Below are positions 63,159 through 64,000 of a DNA stretch of 64,000 nucleotides, in pieces (position 1 is the stretch's first letter; each line of letters opens with the position of its first letter). Source of the stretch: Pelomyxa schiedti (Eukaryota > Protista > Evosea); the NCBI GenBank assembly GCA_020536535.1, contig JAHLWZ010000720.1, forward strand, positions 1 to 64,000, written 5' to 3'. The notes beneath the pieces were generated by a model that saw only the letters and a program-made list of their open reading frames with translations, was not told where the DNA came from and ran no database searches. The position numbers and the translations under genes are program-made.

Positions 63159-64000
63159 ATGGATGACGTGAAGATGCTCAAACTAGACACGGCAACTGAG
63201 CCCAACTTGGAGCCGCGCTCTGTTTCTCGCCTGAACGAGGACTACGACGTACCCCTGAGACCATCAAATACACCAAGTGCGCACTACCTTCCACCCCCGA
63301 CTTGTGAGAGATGGCCTGCCTCTGTTAGGGAATTGTTGGGAGATTACAGAGCTGGCATGTTCAGGTCTGTATTTGGGTACTGATCTCCCTGTGTGTTCCT
63401 GAATCTCAGGCAGGTGGGATGTGATGAGGAGTGCTTTGGAGAAGGGCGACTCTGAGGAGGATGCGTTTCTGATGGCCCTGGAGAGGACTCTCAATCCTGC
63501 TGCCACTCATCCAAAGTACGAGGACTGGCTCAATGTTCCACTGGGAAAAGGAGTGCCTCACACTCCCTTGCTCCAGATGTGAGTGAGACTCAGATCTTCA
63601 GTACTTCCAGATCGCCACGTGAAGTTCATGTGAATGTGATCTCTGGATCTGCCATTTCCAGAAGTGACTCTCATATCTCCGCTGTGGAAAATTTCGCTTT
63701 CGCTGGTGAAACGCGACAAACAAATAATAAAAAAAAAAAAACAAAAGAAACGGGTGCGTTGTAGCGGTATGGACAGCGACACCACGACAACCACGTCGGG
63801 TTGTTGTTGTGAAGTCGATACTACATGCGACGTTGGCGAGGTCTCGGTTTCGTACGACGCTTCGATCCCCATCAAATGCGTTGTGGTCGGTAAGATCTCC
63901 CTTTTCTGAGTTTATGGCCTTAACTGTAAAAGGCGACGGCTCAGTTGTATGTTCTTTGGAGTGTCATTTTCGTTTATTTACAAAAGAAAGGGTAAAACCT
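63159..64000 (+). CDS. Partial gene(s) ending in the start of a Rho/Rac GTPase domain
   Basis: IPIKCVVVG|DGSV at 63865-63945. The upstream exons from 63159 may be an N-terminal extension or a separate gene. Confidence 0.6.

Overview
Compact, intron-dense eukaryotic DNA (introns mostly ~35-90 nt, intergenic gaps often <200 bp), probably from a flagellated amoebozoan such as an archamoeba. The lineage is inferred from a DUSE-like snRNA promoter, a CEP290-like gene and the gene families present. About 25 protein-coding loci: kinase, ANK-F-box-TM protein, Rho-Kelch-F-box fusion, PA2G4, RasGEF, cytochrome b5, vWA protein, RlmM-like methyltransferase, GH7 cellulase, zf-UBP/M28 peptidase, NSUN5, AP sigma, THOC2, HFM1/MER3, RING-H2 ligase, Crinkler-like NTPase-REase plus a kinase pseudogene, CEP290-like protein, RNase T2, GM2A, an N-acylated Rab, NCBP3 and a partial Rho. 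Two U6 snRNA copies lie in an inverted duplication that is interrupted by scaffold gaps. The best finding is a U12-type (minor) intron in THOC2 hosting a candidate H/ACA RNA whose 5' pocket is complementary to the 3' end of the U6 snRNA encoded in this window. Exon boundaries were read by eye, so CDS spans are approximate.
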